Source of the DNA: a virus
Strand: one strand, 5' to 3'
Length of the DNA: 64,000 nt
IMG/VR virus record: IMGVR_UViG_3300030380_005901
Coordinates: 1 to 64,000 of that record
Shown one piece after another: positions 60,594 through 64,000 of the stretch. The notes under the pieces are model-generated. The model saw nothing but the letters and a program-made list of their open reading frames with translations. It was not told the DNA's origin and searched no databases. The translations under genes and the position numbers were made by a program. Positions within the stretch are counted from its first letter, which is position 1, and the number at the start of each line of letters is the position of its first letter.

Positions 60594-60800
60594 CTATTTT
60601 TCTAAAACTTCATTTAGTGAAATAAGTTTATCTAAATACTGTTTTGCCTTATAGAGATCTTCTATACCATTTTTATCTTTCCATCTTGTAACATATTTTA
60701 CAATATTACCTTCGAAAAAATCAAGATTATGTGAATGTGAATAGTCCCACATTTCAATTCCTCTATTATAATGTTTAGGGTGTTTTACTCTTTCCGACAT
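60594..60800 (-). CDS. DUF3310 family protein
   Basis: VKHPKHY...E.WD...FFEGNIVKYVTRW..KNGIEDL.KA..YL. Confidence 0.9.
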   Translation of the reverse strand: MSERVKHPKHYNRGIEMWDYSHSHNLDFFEGNIVKYVTRWKDKNGIEDLYKAKQYLDKLISLNEVLEK

Positions 60801-60849
60801 ATTATTATTAATTTTGATTAAATATAATAATATATTATTTAAATGTCAA

Positions 60850-62142
60850 TTAATTATTCCTAAACAAATAAAAAGTATCGGAATAATTACCATCTTCTTG
60901 TGTAATTGTTTCTTCATTTTCATATCCATCGTACCCCGCTAACCAATGTCCTAACCCATCATCACTGACTGCACCTTCCATAACCTTATCTTTATCAATG
61001 TCTATATAACCGTACTCATATGCTTCAGAAATTTCCATACTCCCATAATCTAAAAAACTGTCTATATCATCTACGAATTCTTCTGTTCTATTGGCAGTTA
61101 CTTCTTCAATATACATTTCAATAAGACTTTCACCACTATATTTTTCTAATAGGGTTTTACTTTCTTCTAAATTGGTTTGTAGCTTATCTAATTCTCTATA
61201 AGATTCCTCCAAATATGTTTCCAATTCGTCAAAAATTCGTTTGTAATTATTATAGGTACTTTGTAACTCCTCAATCTCTTCACTATATTCCATATCCCTA
61301 TAGTTAGTTTCGTCATCACTATAATAATCTAATCTTTCAATATCTTTTTCTAATACTATTAATTCTGACTCAACATTGTCTTTTTTAAACTCTTTCTCTT
61401 GAATTTCTAATGATAGTTTTTTTATCTCCTCTTTATATAATTTAGTGTCATCCTCTGCACCTTCATATTCATTCCACTCCTCACTATTATAACCAAACAA
61501 TTCCTCTCTTAATTCATCTTCATCGTAATCTCTCACCCTTTCTTCTGTCCCTTCTCTTACATATAACTCTATTTCCCTTTCATCTGGTTGTACGTAATCC
61601 ATTAACCATTCTTGATTTAATGCATCATATCCTTCACTTTGAATTATATCATACACTCTAGTTTGTGCTGCGTTCCACGCTTCATCATAATCTCTAGCAA
61701 TTTGATAAGTTTCATAACCACCTCTAGCAACATCAAAAATTCTATACTCTGGTAGATAAGTGTTATAATAATCCCTTATATCTCCTTTATAAACTTCAAC
61801 AACAAATGTCTCTGGTATTCCTTTAAATTCTGACAATACTTTAATATAATCATTACTAGCAGTAGTATCTAACTCTACTACCTTATCCATATCTAAGAAA
61901 CCTCTTTTATGTTTACGTGCAGAAGGTGCATTTAACATATATAAATTAATTAATCTAACTTGTGTTTCTAAATCATCTATCGCCAATGTATCTTTTAAAA
62001 ATTTATATATTAGTTTATCAGTATTTTGACTAATTCCTTTATCATACATAAACTGTAATAACTTTCTATCTACGGGAGTTAGTTCAGTATACGTTACGTT
62101 ACTGTCATTAGATTCTGATATGAGGTTATATAGTTTCATCAT
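60850..62142 (-). CDS. leader-tagged acidic coiled-coil protein
   Basis: MKLYNLISES; N-terminal domain shared with 57389, 62139, 63161. Confidence 0.8.
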   Translation of the reverse strand: MMKLYNLISESNDSNVTYTELTPVDRKLLQFMYDKGISQNTDKLIYKFLKDTLAIDDLETQVRLINLYMLNAPSARKHKRGFLDMDKVVELDTTASNDYIKVLSEFKGIPETFVVEVYKGDIRDYYNTYLPEYRIFDVARGGYETYQIARDYDEAWNAAQTRVYDIIQSEGYDALNQEWLMDYVQPDEREIELYVREGTEERVRDYDEDELREELFGYNSEEWNEYEGAEDDTKLYKEEIKKLSLEIQEKEFKKDNVESELIVLEKDIERLDYYSDDETNYRDMEYSEEIEELQSTYNNYKRIFDELETYLEESYRELDKLQTNLEESKTLLEKYSGESLIEMYIEEVTANRTEEFVDDIDSFLDYGSMEISEAYEYGYIDIDKDKVMEGAVSDDGLGHWLAGYDGYENEETITQEDGNYSDTFYLFRNN

Positions 62143-63161
62143 CTTAATACTGATTTAAATGGGTGATTTGTTTGACCGAATCTCCACTCCTCCATTTCAT
62201 TTCTAAGAGTATTCTCTCCAAAATATTTAATTTTATCCGCCTGTTCATATAAAGGACTCTCATAACTATCATTATCTGGATTATATTCATCTTGTTCGGT
62301 ATCAAAAACTTCATCACTTAGGACAATTACCCCTTCATCGTTTTCAATCTTATCTTTCCAATCAGTATAACTCTCAGTGTAGTAATTACGTATTTGTGTA
62401 CCCGGAGATGGTAATTTTACTGGTGATATTAATTTAATTAGCATTTCATTAATTTCTTTATAATACATAGTTTCACATATCTCTGTGTCTCCACCACACC
62501 AATGACAATCTTCATCAGATCTACCATCACCATGACATTCATCACATTCTACTTCTTCGTATCCATCACCATTACATTCGTCACATTGTTCTTCTTCTCC
62601 TTCATCATCTCTAAAACTTCCTTCACCGTCACAATACCCACATTCTAATCTTTGTTCTCCTTCACCATCACAATACCCACAATCTTCATCTTCATATCCA
62701 CTACCACCACATTCTTCACAAGTCTCACATTCTTCCTCTTCTTGATCACTTACATAGTCATCATAATAATGAATATCATAAAAGTAATAATCATACGGTT
62801 CTAAAATAGGATCTGTCATCCAATCTTTAACCTTTAAATTAGTTGCCAAAAGAAATGCTAATTCATTTATTTTATCTTCATCTAAAAATAACGAATCTTT
62901 CATAAATTGATAGATATTATTATATGGTAAATCTCTATTCTTTTCTTCATCATTACCTTTGAAATACCTATTGAAAAATATATGTCTTTTACTACTCCAA
63001 CCCCACTTAGATGCTGCACCTCTAAAATAATCAAAATCAAACTTTTGTGAAATTATGTTCATTAACTTTCTATTAATTAGAGTATCTAATTTTGGTGCGG
63101 TGTAATTATCTTTTCTAAAGTTTGCACCGTATTCTTCCATTATGTTAATAAACTTTATCAT
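62139..63161 (-). CDS. leader-tagged protein with six DnaJ-type CxxCxGxG zinc-finger repeats
   Basis: CEECGGSG, CGYCDGEG x2, CDECNGDG, CDECHGDG, CHWCGG. Confidence 0.85.
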   Translation of the reverse strand: MIKFINIMEEYGANFRKDNYTAPKLDTLINRKLMNIISQKFDFDYFRGAASKWGWSSKRHIFFNRYFKGNDEEKNRDLPYNNIYQFMKDSLFLDEDKINELAFLLATNLKVKDWMTDPILEPYDYYFYDIHYYDDYVSDQEEEECETCEECGGSGYEDEDCGYCDGEGEQRLECGYCDGEGSFRDDEGEEEQCDECNGDGYEEVECDECHGDGRSDEDCHWCGGDTEICETMYYKEINEMLIKLISPVKLPSPGTQIRNYYTESYTDWKDKIENDEGVIVLSDEVFDTEQDEYNPDNDSYESPLYEQADKIKYFGENTLRNEMEEWRFGQTNHPFKSVLR

Positions 63162-63970
63162 TATCTATGTTCAATTAAATTTCTAAAATACGTTCTAAAT
63201 CTTATATTGTCAAAACTTATATCGCCTTGTGGATAATACACACTAATTTTTCCTTCCTTATCTTCTAAATTATCTATTTCAAAACTAGAATCTGTGTCTT
63301 CCCATCTTTCATACATTGTTATTAAAAGACCACTATTTTCATAATACCACTTTTCAAAGCTTTCCCATTCTCCAGTTTCACTTTTTAAAGGTTTATCTAA
63401 ATTAGGTTCGTTACTGTAAAATATTATTGTATCATCTGTTAGATGATATTCATCCTCAGTATAGTAATCAACACCAGATCCTTCACAATACTGACAATCA
63501 TCTTCTAATTCTCCACCACCACCACAGTCTTCGCACTCTACATTACCTTCACCATAATCATATTCTCCCGAACCCTGACAAGTTTGGCAGTCATTATTTT
63601 GTGTACCCATTCCATCACAATCTCCACACTCACCATCTAACTCCACTTGTTCTTCTTGTATTTCACCATAGTGACCTACTTCATACACATAAAACGTTTC
63701 ATCTGTTTTTATAGAATCAGTTAAATAATCTATCGGTCCATTTAAAAATATTATCCAACATAACTCTGAAATTTTTTGGTAATCTAATACCAATGTCTCT
63801 TCCATAAATTTAACAATACCTTTTTCTTCTATCTGCTCAATTATTGGGTTGGATAGATCACCATATCTAATATTTAAATCAAACTTTTCTGCAACTATAT
63901 TTAATAGTTTTCTATTAACTAGTGTATCTAAATCTTCGGATTCTTTTAGTATGTCTTTGAATCTAATCAT
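63161..63970 (-). CDS. leader-tagged protein with four CxxCxGxG repeats (paralog of neighbour)
   Basis: MIRFKDILKES; CGDCDGMG, CQTCQGSG, CEDCGGGG, CQYCEGSG. Confidence 0.85.
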   Translation of the reverse strand: MIRFKDILKESEDLDTLVNRKLLNIVAEKFDLNIRYGDLSNPIIEQIEEKGIVKFMEETLVLDYQKISELCWIIFLNGPIDYLTDSIKTDETFYVYEVGHYGEIQEEQVELDGECGDCDGMGTQNNDCQTCQGSGEYDYGEGNVECEDCGGGGELEDDCQYCEGSGVDYYTEDEYHLTDDTIIFYSNEPNLDKPLKSETGEWESFEKWYYENSGLLITMYERWEDTDSSFEIDNLEDKEGKISVYYPQGDISFDNIRFRTYFRNLIEHR

Positions 63971-64000
63971 ATACTAATAAATATGATTAAGAATAGATTT

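Noticed and set aside
62139-63970. dnaJ
   Set aside because: Only CxxCxGxG repeats are present; there is no J-domain or C-terminal substrate-binding domain.
1-64000. Bacterial chromosome origin suggested by sdhB, guaB, marC and cca
   Set aside because: These genes are isolated from their usual operons among many phage-type small ORFs (DUF3310, DUF932, DenV-like), which fits a large phage better. No hallmark virion gene is in the window, so the phage call is still inferential.
1-64000. Alternative genetic code (stop-codon reassignment)
   Set aside because: Coding density is high under the standard code, and TAG and TGA both end plausible genes.

Overview
Very AT-rich, gene-dense segment, mostly on the minus strand. 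It is best read as part of a large (jumbo-type) tailed phage genome infecting Bacteroidetes/Flavobacteria. The host call rests on TTTG...TAnnTTTG promoters, a T9SS-tailed protease and a Bacteroidetes-type tRNA-Glu and sdhB. No core capsid, terminase or polymerase gene is visible in the window. Recognisable genes include tRNA-Glu, a CCA-adding enzyme, sdhB, SufT/DUF59, IMPDH/GMPR, RmlC, YqeY, MarC, GH16, an ATP-grasp enzyme, SET and DOT1-like methyltransferases, a pyrimidine-dimer glycosylase and DUF932. The most striking organisation has five parts. (i) About 20 unrelated cargo proteins carry short basic N-terminal leaders ending in [LI]-x-E, many behind a TATTTAT motif, which suggests a capsid-targeting/prohead-protease cargo system. 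(ii) A ~100-aa domain with a hypervariable core is repeated ~16 times, mostly as polyproteins punctuated by [LI]-x-E-S sites, and two of these genes are followed ~200 bp downstream by the same GC-rich element. (iii) Three paralogous ADP-ribosyltransferase-like cargo domains are present. (iv) An array of mini-genes is joined by a conserved AAACCAAAACAAAGATGAGTAAA junction. (v) A largely non-coding island (12.4-14.5 kb) holds several structured-RNA candidates, and another structured RNA follows the cca gene. All family assignments are by-eye motif recognition; no searches were run.
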